A DNA stretch of 64,000 bases from Chlorokybus atmophyticus (lineage: Eukaryota > Plantae > Mesostigma and Chlorokybus algae), in assembly GCA_009103225.1 (NCBI GenBank), contig RHPI01002955.1, forward strand, positions 30,486-94,485. The letters run 5' to 3'. The notes beneath the pieces were generated by a model. It was not told where the DNA came from. It worked only from the letters and a program-made list of their open reading frames with translations, and made no database searches. Below are positions 1 through 11,883 of the stretch, in pieces (the stretch's first letter is position 1; every line of letters starts with the position of its first letter). Position numbers and translations under genes: made by a program.

Positions 1-3
1 AAG

Positions 4-1397
4 ATGAGTGGTGCGGAGCTGAATTACCCCGTGCACGAGAAGGAACTTTTAGCGCAAGTCATGGCGCTACGACAATGGCGTTGTTTTTTGGAAGGCAAAA
101 AGTTCGTGCTTGAGACGGATCACTCTCCATTGAGGTACTCGCTCAAGTGCAGCCCGAGTGGACCGACCAGATTCGGCAAGTGCTTCGTGAAGACACGGAG
201 GGTATGAAAGTGTTGCAAGAGCTGAAAAATACAGCTACGGACACAAGTGGGCACTGGTCAATGCGCGACGGGCTGCTGTGGCACCATGGGCGCTTGTACA
301 TCCCCAACGTCGCGCATATCCGTGTGAAGTTGCTGAAGGAAGCTCATGATGTGCCCATTGCTGGTCACCAAGGGTTGGAAAGGACTTTGGCAAGCTTAAA
401 ACAGCGTTTTTACTGGCGAGAGATGCATCGCGATGTGCGCGACTACGTGGCGTTGTGCGACGCATGCCAAAGGGTGAAGGCAAGCAACCAAAAGCCAGGT
501 GGGTTGCTGCAACCTCTCCCTGTGCCATTGTCCAAGTGGGAGCAAGTTACCATGGACTTTATCACGGGGCTACCAAAGACAAAAGAAGGGTACGACGCTA
601 TACTTGTGTTCGTCGATAAAACCAGCAAAATGTAAGTTTTGGGAGGCGCTGCATAGTGCACTGGGTACCACACTGAAGTTTAGCACGGCATTCCACCCGC
701 AAACTGATGGGCAAACGGAGCGGGCCAACCGTGTGATCGAGGACATGCTGCGTTGCTACGTTAACGCGCGACAAGACAATTGGGAGGAGCTGCTTGAGTT
801 GGTTGAGTTTGCGATCAACAACCACCACAATGCAAGCACAGGTGTCACTCCCTTCCTTATGAACTACGGGCAACATCCNGGGGCAACATCCATTGACACC
901 GTTGACGGCATGGACACCGCGACGACATGACGTGCGTGTGGAGGCAGGAAGGCGACATTGTGTTACTCTCCGCGAAGCACGTCCAGGTGCGTACGGGAGT
1001 TCGCAAGCTGAATGAACGCTGGTTGGGACCATTTAAGGTCAGCAAAGTTATCTCGGACGTGGCGTACAAGTTGGAGCTACCCGACACCATGCGTGTGCAC
1101 CCCGTTTTTCACGTCTCCCTTCTGAAAGCATATCGAGGACAACCGCCAGAAAGGCCACCCCCCGAAGTTGGCACAGACGGTGAACCCGAGTGGGAGGTAG
1201 AAGACATCCTTGGTGAGAAGTTTGTGCATGGCGTACGCAAGTTCTTAGTGAAATGGAAGGGCTATCCGTTGCATGAAGCATCCTGGGAGCCAGAGGCACA
1301 CTTGACTAATGCTCAAGACGTTGTGCGTGCCTATCTTGCTCGACGACACCCTCGCGAGCTTCGAGGACGAAGCTCACCTGGGGGGGGAGGAGTGTAA
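4..1397 (+). pseudogene. pol: Gypsy pol remnant with frameshifts and internal deletions
   Basis: Split over ORFs 4-207, 147-635, 499-930 and 927-1397; part of the integrase core is missing after KTSKM. Confidence 0.9.
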
Positions 1398-2064
1398 CAG
1401 TCAAGGCCAAATTCTGTGATTTTCATGGCCGTTTTAGGCCTTATTTGTAAGGTACATGTTTTTAATGACTTGTGGCGGATATCGGCGAGTTATGAGTCTG
1501 CCGCGGATATCGACCGGGGCCCCAAGACCAGTCCGGAAGGTGCCAGAAAACGGAGGGCCAGTCGAGAAGGGCTCGACCAGATTTCTGGAAGGGCCTGGCG
1601 CCAAGTAGTATAACTTGACCATATGAGCAGCAAATTAGGAGATCTTTGGTGCGTTGGAAAGGTCTAGAAGTGTACTACAAGATTCTGCAATAATATCTTA
1701 GCTTCTAGTTCCGTCTAGCGCTAGAATCGTCTAGACAGTAGCATGTGCAGACTGGTAGGTATAAAAGTGACATTCTACAATTTGCAATACAACCTTTAGC
1801 TCCCTAGTTTCTGGTGTGCAAGCTTGGTGGTGGTTAGCATAGGTTGCTAGCGTGTGTCCACTGGTGTGTGCTTGCTTGTGTGACGATCCAAGGCGCTACA
1901 CGAGTCGGTGTGTAGCTTCGAGCGCATGTGCGTGCGTACGCGAATGGCGGGGCGCGCGTGTGTGCTTGGCAGAGGGGGCAAGGTTCCGGTGTGAATACCG
2001 TGTCTTGGTGAGAGGGTTGTTGATTGGACCAACTCATAGGTGACAAGGCACGAGCACCGTCACA
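1393..2064 (+). repeat. LTR family A (672 bp)
   Basis: TG..CA termini directly after the PPT; homologous to 18291-18955 and 45265-45973. Confidence 0.95.
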
Positions 2065-3400
2065 CCCTTCCTGCCGCGGATACTCACTTGCCACCGCACT
2101 CTGACCATTTGGAGGCATCTCCATCAAGAAACGGCTGTGGCTCGCCCTCTCCCTCTAAGCTTGCCACATTGATCCCAGCCTGTTTTGTTGGTAAAGAGAT
2201 TGATCGAGGTGTCCTGAAAGCTGCGCTGAAAGACAAAGGCTTCATGCTCGACCTTATGAAGCAACATGAGGTCGTGGAGGAACGGGCGGCAACCAACAAG
2301 CGCAAGGCTGTGGAGCAAGAAGATAACGCCTTACCTCTTATGAGTGACAGTGCCACGGAGAGCGCCTGCCAGGATGTGCAGGGTGACAAAAAAAAAAAGA
2401 AGAAGGTTGTTGGAACAAAGGACGCTGACATGACCACAAAGGGAAAGGTGAGGCATCGTTACAACATTAGAAGAAGCACAGCGCCTTGAAGCCTTACTGG
2501 GGCTGACTGTGTGTCCTGAGTAGGCACAGGCGGGTTTACAGCGTCAAGTGGCTGCTCAGCATCGTCTAGAGAGACATTCGGTGCGGCACGAGCTGTCTAA
2601 GCTAAAAACACCGACGCGCAAATGCTTCGAGGGGCTGACTCGTAGTGCAAAGGAGTTGATCACCCTACAGTACGCCCAAGACGCGCTGCATCACCGCATG
2701 CGGCATGCCTCGAGGTGGGTGACGAAAGTATGCAATAAGTGGGAGCAAACGCGGAGAGTGCGGTCTAAACAGACCTCTGGGGATTGGCCGTGGTTGGAAC
2801 CCATATACGATATGGCCATCTGTAGTACGTTGTTGCCCCTCGCCGTCCTCGATATGATGGTGTTGTTGCTGCCGCAGCAACCCGGCAATGTGCAAGAGCT
2901 ATCTGCGGAGCAAAACTTCGACCTGCTGCAGCAGATGTTCCTGTCGATGTCGACTGTTGTGGGTTGAGATGTGTGCCACTACCTGAGCAAACATACTGGA
3001 TGGCAAGTAAAACCATTCGAGCTGTACATGGCATGCTTTGGCTGGCAGTGGCTGTATGTCATACGGCACGTCGAGCTGATTCTGTGAAAGCTTGAAGAAA
3101 ACGACGATGCGGGGGAGTACAAGAGTGACGACAGCCATGTCGAGGGTCTGGATGAACGCATGCTGAACGAGACCACCAAGACCAGCAGGTGGTGTATGGC
3201 GGCAGATGGGCAACAAGTGATCAAGCAGGCAGTAAAGCGTTATGCTGCGCCATTTAGATGGGAGTCGCTACGCCTGCAACGCGATAATAGAGTTTGGTGG
3301 CAGAGGCAGCTTGCACACCCGCGTGCACCATGTGTGCTGATTTGTCGCATTGAAAAGCCACCCCAGCGAATGGGGAGACGCCCTGTTGCAAGAAAGTGAT
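2065..3400 (+). pseudogene. Unidentified protein-coding remnant, 5' end cut by the Gypsy LTR
   Basis: Consecutive protein-like plus-strand ORFs (2040-2489 Lys/Glu-rich with a KKKKKK tract, 2548-2967, 3160-3399) separated by stops; no motif recognised. Confidence 0.35.
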
Positions 3401-4036
3401 ATGCCATGTCTGCATCATAGCACATCAAAAGAATGTGGCAAATAAATCAAAGAATCTACAAGCGTGTCTCTTCTGCAAGCAACCTCACCCGTTTTGGTCG
3501 CCACGCCTGATGCAAGTCGCCAACGTGTCGGCGGTGATTTGGCCCCCGCCTTGATGCCAATTGTGCATGTATTGTAGTTTTGTGTTGGCTTCCTGTAAAA
3601 CCATATAGGTACATGTATAGTTGCAGCATGGTGCATGGTGCACAAGAGATCTGCTGTTGTCAGAAGCATTGGCTGTACATGTGTATGATGACTGCCCGGT
3701 GCATGAGTCAGTGCATGGCTTGCATACCTCGCTGGTTTAGAGCGTGGTTGACAGCAACAAACTCGGACATCGCTCTGGGTTCCATGGCATGACAGCACAG
3801 TATTACTCTATGATCGTGGTAGTATGCGAGTATCCTTGTACTGTAGTACCATTAACAGAAGAGTACTATTCATGTTGATGTAGTACCATGCATGGGTTTG
3901 CAATAGCGTCCTGGTACAATCGTGCTTCACTTGAAGTTTGACCCATTTAGGGTTCGTAAGCTGGCAACCCTAAATTGATGCTCATACCCTAAAGTCTCGC
4001 TCAGTTTGTGGGCAGCCGTGCCAATTCCTATTTTGC

Positions 4037-5805
4037 ATGATGTCGGCGGCAGCGTTTAAATCCTCACCTAGGAGACCATGCTTGACGTGCCCACAATGCA
4101 ATGCGTACGTATGTGCCAATGGCCGTAGGCAGCAAATGCGAGCACACTTGACCGAATGCCAGCGAGCGCAGACAGTGTGCCACGGTTTTAATGCTGCTTG
4201 CTGGCATCACACCACACACAATGTTGAAGTGTTTGGCTGCCGCCTCGGCCAAGTGCTGTGCAAGGAACCCGAGTTTCTCCATTGCGTGCAGTGCGTGTGC
4301 GAATCGTGCTCGCGCTCATGCTTCGAGTGGCGAGGGGAACCCATGCGCTTTCTCACATAGACAACACCGGGACATGTGGTTAGTGGACAGGTGGTGGATG
4401 CTGTGGAGATAATTCGGCAGAGTGGATCACGACGTATCACTGCATGTTATGTTGGGCGTATGCTTATTTCATGCATGTTGAAGATGTTGTCGCATTCAGA
4501 GCAGTCTTCCACGGTGTGGGCGTGGGCAGTTCCATCCCCTGGCCGCTGTAGAGGAGGCAAACCATCGATCGTTGAACAGCGCACTGCATCGGCTGCGGAA
4601 CACAGTTAAGTTGGGATGCGAGCAGCTGAACGGTGTGAGTGTCATGGTGCATTGGCCGCTGGATGGGGAATGGTACGCGGGCGTTGTGGAATCATTCAAG
4701 CAAGCGTCAGGTCAGCATCGCTTCGTGGCGTGCGAGATTGAGGACGCATCATATATGCATGGTGCAATGAACAATGTCTTTGCAGGGCAGCACCGTATAG
4801 TATTCGATAACGGTGATCGACCACAAATCATTAACTTCAAAGGGCACAACGTATTCGCGTACACATCAGTTGACGGGGCACGCCATGCTCTGCGCGCCGG
4901 AGGGGAGAACGTCAGTCGCAAAGTAAGCCCGGACGCCATCATTATTGATCCCTGGCCAGCACCACGGCCAGCCTTGACCACATACACGCCATTTGACAAC
5001 AAGCTTGGACGCACACGCAGACCAAAGGCACTCGACCTATTCTGCGGCGGTGGCGCTGCCAGTCGGTGTATACCATGCAGGCTTTGACGTGACCGGGATG
5101 GACATAAGTCTCTCCTCTGAGTACCCGCTGCCCTTCATACATTGCGATGTATGCACCCTGAGTGCAGGAGAGCTAAGCGAGTACGAGCTCATCTGGGCTA
5201 GTCCACCATGCCAGGCCTATTCAGGTGCTATCCCGGCACCTCAACGGGCGGCACATGGCACATCCTACAGACACCAGGATATGATACCGCTCGTCCGACG
5301 TCTGCTGCTTGCAAGTCAGGTCAAGTTTGTAATTGAGAATGTGCCAGGAGCAGCTTCCTCATTCAGACCCAATCTGTCCCTTTGTGGCACGATGTTTGCC
5401 AATCAACTTTCCGACACCGTCCTTTTGAGACACAGCCAGTGGTAGCTACCCCACCAGCACGCTGCTCGCACGCGGGCAAGGCAGTTGGACTGCTATCGCC
5501 GCACCTGTCCGCTAGCGCGAAGAAGACAATCGTGACATCAAATGCACAGCAGATGTACCCGGTCTATGGCCTTCTAAGCACCAGGGGCGGCATTGCTGCG
5601 TGGCAAACAGCGCTGAGAATGCTGGATGACCTCGTCCGTTTCCATAGCGAATGCAGTTCCTCCCGCAATGGCGGAGTGCATAGGGCGTCTCATGCTTGAA
5701 ACATTGGATATGCGCTGTGACTACCCTCCTGTGTCATGGAACTATGAGGCTTGGATGTGGTGCACTGTATTGTTGCTTAATGCCACACGGCGGACTGATT
5801 GTTGA
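4037..5805 (+). pseudogene. Cys/His-finger + Tudor + C5 cytosine DNA methyltransferase (short phage/bacterial type), disrupted
   Basis: Motif I LDLFCGGG (5031-5054), II GMDI, IV ASPPCQAYS (5200), VI IENVPG (5335), VIII LCGTMF..RHR.FET (5412), X WMT..IANAVPP..ECIGRL (5623-5690). Tudor VMVHWPLDGEWYAGVVESF..GQHRIVFDNGD is interrupted by a 75-nt GT-AG intron (4711-4785). Three frameshifts and a TAG at 4358. Confidence 0.88.
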
Positions 5806-5957
5806 ATGTCGCATGGCACATTCGATTGTGGTGACAGTTGTGCAGTGACAGCTTCCCGGTATTGTACACATCCACATGCAAAAGTCTTAGCATACGATTA
5901 GCAATGCCTAAGTGACTGATATGCTCCAAACTCAGAGTAGTGAGACAAGTACGTGTG

Positions 5958-8900
5958 TCACGTGGAAGTGTAGTGAACGTTCACCCAATACTTGCCCTCT
6001 TGTACACGGGCGCTGTCCTGATTAAACATGGGGAGCAGCTGGACAATGCCTTTGACTTGCTCTAGAGTCACGACATCGAGATGTGGACCGCCTCGACGCT
6101 TTTCCCATTCCAGAGCGATGCGCTTTGTGTCGCTCGTCACATCCAGCTTCGTGTACCAGCGGACAAACACGACCCCCTTCCACACGCGCTCGCCGCTACC
6201 ACCCCACACCACCACGCGCAGAAAAAAGAGTGCCTGAGCCCACCACGTCACGTTCACACCGTCCTCATCACCTTCCAACTCAAGTGTAGAGAACCAAGGC
6301 CGCCCATGGAACATCCCAGTTGCGCGCGCCATGCTGACTCTTTATGTTATGTACACCGCTGCGCCTCCGCTCACCACGCAAACAGCACGCCACCCGTCGG
6401 CCAACTCCAGTTGTTCCCTCCTCAACCAGCTGTCCAGGGTGGCAGGCAGCTTGTCGGCGAATTGAGTCTTCAAGGGGACTTGGCGGCTACGCGCAGATCC
6501 GCAGTACGGGATGGACTCCCTCCTTGTCAGCACATCCATCCGTAGCAACTTGTCCGTCTTCTCCATGACATTACAGCACTGCTGCCGCACCTGCGCCATG
6601 ACCGAGCGCATCTCGGGATCCACGACCATGCCATCCTCTCTCACATATTCCGCACAGCTCCATGCCTTTAGGATACGTGCCTGGTAGTCCCGGTTATTGC
6701 CACCACGCGCCCAGCGTTTGATATTTTGGGCGTGCGTCTGCTCCATGCGGTTGGCGCTGAACCAATCTGGGTGTCCACTGCTGACAATTGCCGGCCCAAA
6801 ATGAGTGAGCTGATGCATCTTCTCGATCTTCCAACCTGACTTCTGTGCAGAATATGACGACAGTAGCGGATGCAACACTGCAGCTTTGAAGGCAGCCAGC
6901 TCGTTGTCGGCTGTGGTCAGGGTCTCTCTTGTGTGTTCATGCGCCTTCAGCAACTTCTTGTTCCACTGGGCAAGCGATGCGGCAGCAATGGTGAAGATAT
7001 CGTTGCCCTCACTGTCGAGCAGCAAACCGTCTGCGAGGACCGGCAGCAGCTGCAGCACCGCCACTTTCTCCACCACTTGAAAGGAGTGGTCGGACAGGAA
7101 GAAATCTACTGTGCTTGTGGGTGCCTTGAAGTGCAAAACCCGCAGAGTCGCCTTGCATGCATTCAGCCTGTGCACATCTGCTTGTGAGCACGTGTCGTTG
7201 GCTTTCGTGTTCAACACAAAAGCAACACCAAAGACGTGCCTGGCCTGCAGAATGTGTCTCGTGGATGGACGCATTCGTTCCTTCGCGGCGTCGTACACAG
7301 CAGCAAGCAGGTGGTCAATGATGCCTCCCAGCACATACATTGCGTCAGGGGCAAGACGAGAGTAGCAGTCAGCTCCCGGCACCCGCAACTATCGCCAACC
7401 CCACAGTGCATTCTATTGCCAAACCACATTGCCTGGTTTCACGGAAAGCCATTCATCCTCACGATTGCCGATAATTTGACCGTTACCTCCTCGACATGCA
7501 TGGAGTGCTGCTCTTTGAAAGCCTTGGCTGTCTGGCGTGCATTCCTAACACCGCTATGCAGGTCCGCCCGCAGCTGACGTATTGCTGGTGTGTAGAAGGC
7601 CTCGGTTCTCAATTCCCGGTCCTCATCCATCTTCAACAGATCTGATTTGGTGACGAGACGAATATCGCAAGGATGTCGTGTTTGGTTGCCCGACACAGTG
7701 CGTGCGAGTGTGGCAGTCTCCTACAACACGACAAACTCAGATGTTCTACTGACAACATCCTCCATGCACTGTTTGCTGGCGGGCTGCATCCGGTTACAAC
7801 CATTCATGCCCACTACCTGCAAATCGCTGATGTAGTTGGCAAGCGCGGGAAACACACGACGCTCGATGCCATTCGGGTCGATGAGCTGCAGACCTTCCCA
7901 ACTCGCCCGCTTCACATCCCCTAACACTACATTCAAAGCGTCATGAAAAATCTCACATTTTCGAATGGAGAACGATTCCTTGCCCTGAAGCGCTATCATA
8001 ACAACCCCCATGTTGCTAGCATACATGTCCCAACTGTAGTTGGCAAGCGATGCCATCAGAGGGTAGCCAGAGCGCTTGCCCGCGCTGTCCAGCGTGGTCT
8101 TGTCACTGTACAGAATGGCAGGCGCCAAGTAGGACGCTTCCCCCACCTCTCTCCTCAAATCCACCTCCACATCCTTCCACCAATCGCCCGTGGAAGGATG
8201 GCCAAAGCTGTGCTCGTCACCAGTGTACTGGAGATTGAAGCCATTGGCGGCATGTGGATTGCCATACAACCGCGCGAGCCATACCTGCTCCGACCAAGAG
8301 CATTACTTACTATGCTGGCCTCAGAATAGATACTGCATCGATACTGCATTAGGTACTGCATTTCACAGACCTTGGCCGGCATATATGTGACGCAGATGTC
8401 CTGATCCTCAGGGTCTCCAGGCTTGCGCAGGTCAGCCGTCACGTAGTTTTGATACGGCAGCACACTCGCATGTGCATATGTGACATGGCTCTGATGGTTG
8501 AAGCACATGCACATCGGTCTCCCACTGGAGCTCTTCCGTCAGGAAGTGTGCATTTCGGAAACACTTGATGATCCGCCCCATGTCGGAGGCCGACAGGCCT
8601 TGGCCGTTGTTGCACTGCACGAATGCCACTGCAAGAGCATGCTCCGAGCCATACCACCTGGATTCCGACGCGTGCGAAGGGACGCCTCCACTTCCATGTT
8701 GGCGTGCCACAGGTTTCTCAGGCACACGCACACATCGAAAGCCCTCGTTCACTTCCTCCTCCTCCTGTTGCTGCTGTGCGTGTGTCTCCTGGAGGAATCC
8801 TTCAGCATCAAGCATGTGAGCATCCTGGATCGAACTCCCCAGTTCAACATGACCCGCATCGTACTGTAATGGACGCTGGCCGACATACAGCTTGATCTGC

Positions 8901-8986
8901 TTGCACACCCTGCTGTTAATAATGTGCATGTAGACCGAGCTGCGTGTGGCGAAGCGCATGTGGCAATACGGACAAAGGACTCCCAT
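5958..8986 (-). pseudogene. Plavaka-family (CMC/EnSpm-related) transposase, multi-exon, decayed
   Basis: N-terminal C2H2 finger (CPYCHMRF..MHIINS), TGDWW, PAILYSDKTTLDSAG..YPLMASLAN, FHDAL..EGLQLIDPNGIERRVFPALANYISD, KMHQLTHFG..GHPDWFSANRMEQTH, and C-terminal FVRWY..IVQLLP..YWVN. Confidence 0.88.
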
Positions 8987-9475
8987 ATCTCACTACTAAC
9001 GTCGACACAGGTGTCGCCAATGTAATCTGCATCATGTCCAGCAACACGCACAGCCGCCGCCGCCGCCGCCACCGCCACCGCCACCGCTACCCTTGCATGC
9101 CAGAGGCGGGAAACTTGGCCGCCATTCACTGGCTCTGTCGTACCATTATAATGGTACGATCGAGCCATTGCACGTCCAGGGTGAGTCTCTGTATATATAT
9201 ATATATATGTATGTATATCCTGATTGAACCGTTTCAATGATACGAAGATGCCTTTGCCAAAAGGTATAGGCATTGTACAAAGGTATCATTGAAATGGTAC
9301 CTTTGTATAATGGCAATGGGAGTTCGTACCATTGACAACTCTGGCAATGTCAATCCCCCTGCGCATGAAAACACCATTAATAGCTCCGCCAAGCTATGCC
9401 CTTACAGGGGCGTCATGCCGAGGGTATGTGGCGTTTGGAGGATCGTTGGCGGCGCTGCCAGGGGCGTAATGGGCA

Positions 9476-10334
9476 TTGTGGTCGAGGTCCGGGATGAATT
9501 CCATGTTCGCACAGGGCGGGCAATGTGCCGGAGGGGTGTCCTCGGTGTCAAACCCTACCAAGACTACCAAGGGCACATCCAATCACAACAGTGACTCGGG
9601 CGATATCTTACAGGGCTCCCCCTCCGAGTGGGCAAAGGCACACCACAATACTGCCTCTAAGAAAATCCGACCCACCAGCAGCTGCGACCACGGCGACATG
9701 ATTGAAGGGACCAAACAAGACTGGCATAACCAAGGTGGGTTACGATGCACTGTCAATGCCACGTGCTAGGGTTCTTTTATCTTGCACATGCACAGCCTCA
9801 AGTATCTTGCACTTGACATACACTATCAATACCACATGCACACCCTCATGCACAACCTCCAGTGTCATGCACATGAACAGCATGACCAATCTCGCAAATG
9901 CACAGCCTATTTCTACTTGCGGGAGCTCACAAGTGGCAAAAGAGAAGCTGCGGAGTACCACGAACGTGTAATCCATGACCTAGTTTAATGTTTCTAGCGG
10001 TAATTAAGCAGTATGCTTGCAGATTGCCATGTTGGTCAGAGTGAACCGAGAGCAGCGCGGTAGGCTGACTGTCTGCCTGGCGGAGTGCAACAAAGCGGAA
10101 GACGAGGTAAGCGTGTGTATGCTGATGGGCTAGTCCTCTGGCAGCACGCCACTCTTACAGCATTACCAAATGCAGGTGGTCACTCTCAAAGCGACCATCA
10201 AGCGCATGCGCGTGCACGGCGAGGCGCTGACATTTAAGCTGAAGGACGAAGTAGCCGCTGTACTGTTAGCGAGCGAGGCAGCGGATGAAGATGACTCCGG
10301 CGCTGAAGCAGAAGACTCGTCGGAGGAGGAATAG
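9476..10334 (+). CDS. Putative small multi-exon gene divergent from the Plavaka transposase, acidic C-terminus
   Basis: GT-AG-bounded segments; last exon VVTLKATIKRMRVHGEALTFKLKDEVAAVLLASEAADEDDSGAEAEDSSEEE*. No family recognised. Confidence 0.3.
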
Positions 10335-11883
10335 GAGGAGGGGGTTTGAGGAGGAGTTCTGCGGTAGGCACCACGGGTTGACAAGCTGCGCATGAGTCCG
10401 ACAGCTAGACTCAATGTTATAGGGTACTTTCATGCGCAAGTCGGCTGCTCAGTTGCAAGTGGACATACTCTCACCACTGCCGGTACATTGTATATATTGT
10501 GGGCTTATAGGTGCAAGACCAAACAATCAGTCCAAGGTTTGTACAAGCTGCATGGCATGTTAGTGTTGGCTTACAGCAAGAATTGCCAACTTTTGTCAAA
10601 TGGCAAGGGTCACATATTAACAGCAGTGTAGCGGCAAAGAAACTGCCGGCTATTGCTGTCAGCTGTCCGTAACTACCGGCTAACGGCCGTCTGTGCACAT
10701 CGACCAAAGGGTAACTGGTTGACAACTCTCGGCCGGTTAGTGCCACTGACAACCACTTTCAGCCCGCGGCCGTCTGCGTCAGTCCACTTAAGCCAACGGC
10801 AAACCACACAGTCCAAAAGTAATATTTCAGGCAGCGACAGGCAGGCTCAGGCAGGCTCAGGCACCAGTCACTCCCTTAATCCTTAGCCAGTCACCGTGTA
10901 AAATTTGCGACGAATTATCAGACCTAAGTATGCTATGTTCAGTGCCGCAGTGCAGCTGGTCGGCGGCGGTGGCAGTGGTGTAGTTGCTGTTGGCGGCGGC
11001 GGTTGTATTTTAGCTGACCGCTAGTGCATTTTAACAGATGGCATTGTTTAGAGTGTAGCCGAAGCTTGTAATTGATAAGTTGCAATTCAAAAAGCATGGT
11101 GCGGTAGGTAAGTGAGTGCTGGCTTTGGGCGGTGGTATGGGCGGCGATGTGAGGGGCGTAGCTGGTGGTGTGAGCGAGCCATGTCTATTGAAGCTTGATG
11201 CTTTTGTTGACTGCTAAGACGTATTTGTAGGTTAATCTCGGCCACAGGGTTTCACTGCTGAGGACATGAAGTCATGCGGTGAGGGTAGGGATGTCCCGGC
11301 GCTCCTGCAGGAGGTTTCAAGGAGCACACATGGCGCCACTTGACAGGTTATTGTGCGAACATGTAACCAGTCTTGTATGCATTGTTTGACACTTGGAATT
11401 TGATATCGCTGTAATGCTTAACACGCGCTAGTTGATTCAGCAGTACGATTCCGTGCTGGCAATCATAAAAACTAAAAGGCGCAACACACACAACTGCATG
11501 CACACAGCAATTTGCAGCAACTATAGACACTTGCACACACACCCATGTTGCTAACAAGCGGCTTGTGTGTTTACACGTGTGATTTTTCTGCATAATAAGC
11601 ACAGTGTACTGCAGCAGGGGAGCTGCCTCTTGGTAAATAAACAGTTGGCATGTACTGGCACACACCTATCATCATGCAAAATCCGCATATAATAGCACAT
11701 GCATAAATGCATACACATATACACAATGTCGCCTCATTACTCTATAATTCTTGCAGTTGCTTTAGATTTCAGACGATGTTGTCACAACCGCACACAAAGC
11801 CCTACACCCTGAGGTGTTGAAGTTCCTAGTCTGCAAGACTGCGTTACTAGTAGTTCAGGTTCATTGCATGCCAATCCGCATGC

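Larger units (their letters stand above)
1..2064 (+). mobile_element. Ty3/Gypsy chromovirus family A, 3' portion (RNase H, integrase, chromodomain, PPT, 3' LTR)
   Basis: RNase H end (NYPVHEKELLA..F.LETDH), integrase HHCC (HDVPIAGH..CDACQ), core (FHPQTDGQTERAN), GPF motif and chromodomain (WEVEDIL..FLVKWKGYP..ASWEP). PPT GGGGGGGAGGAG is followed by an LTR TGTAACA..CGTCACA. Confidence 0.95.

Noticed and set aside
4993-5805. Bacterial or phage contamination as the source of the MTase
   Set aside because: The gene has a GT-AG intron in its Tudor part and is contiguous with eukaryotic transposons, with no N gap nearby.
3421-11151. CACATC..GATGTG with AG duplication as the termini of the Plavaka-MTase element
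   Set aside because: Only 6 bp of inverted match with no further TIR similarity; could easily be chance, so the boundaries remain undefined.
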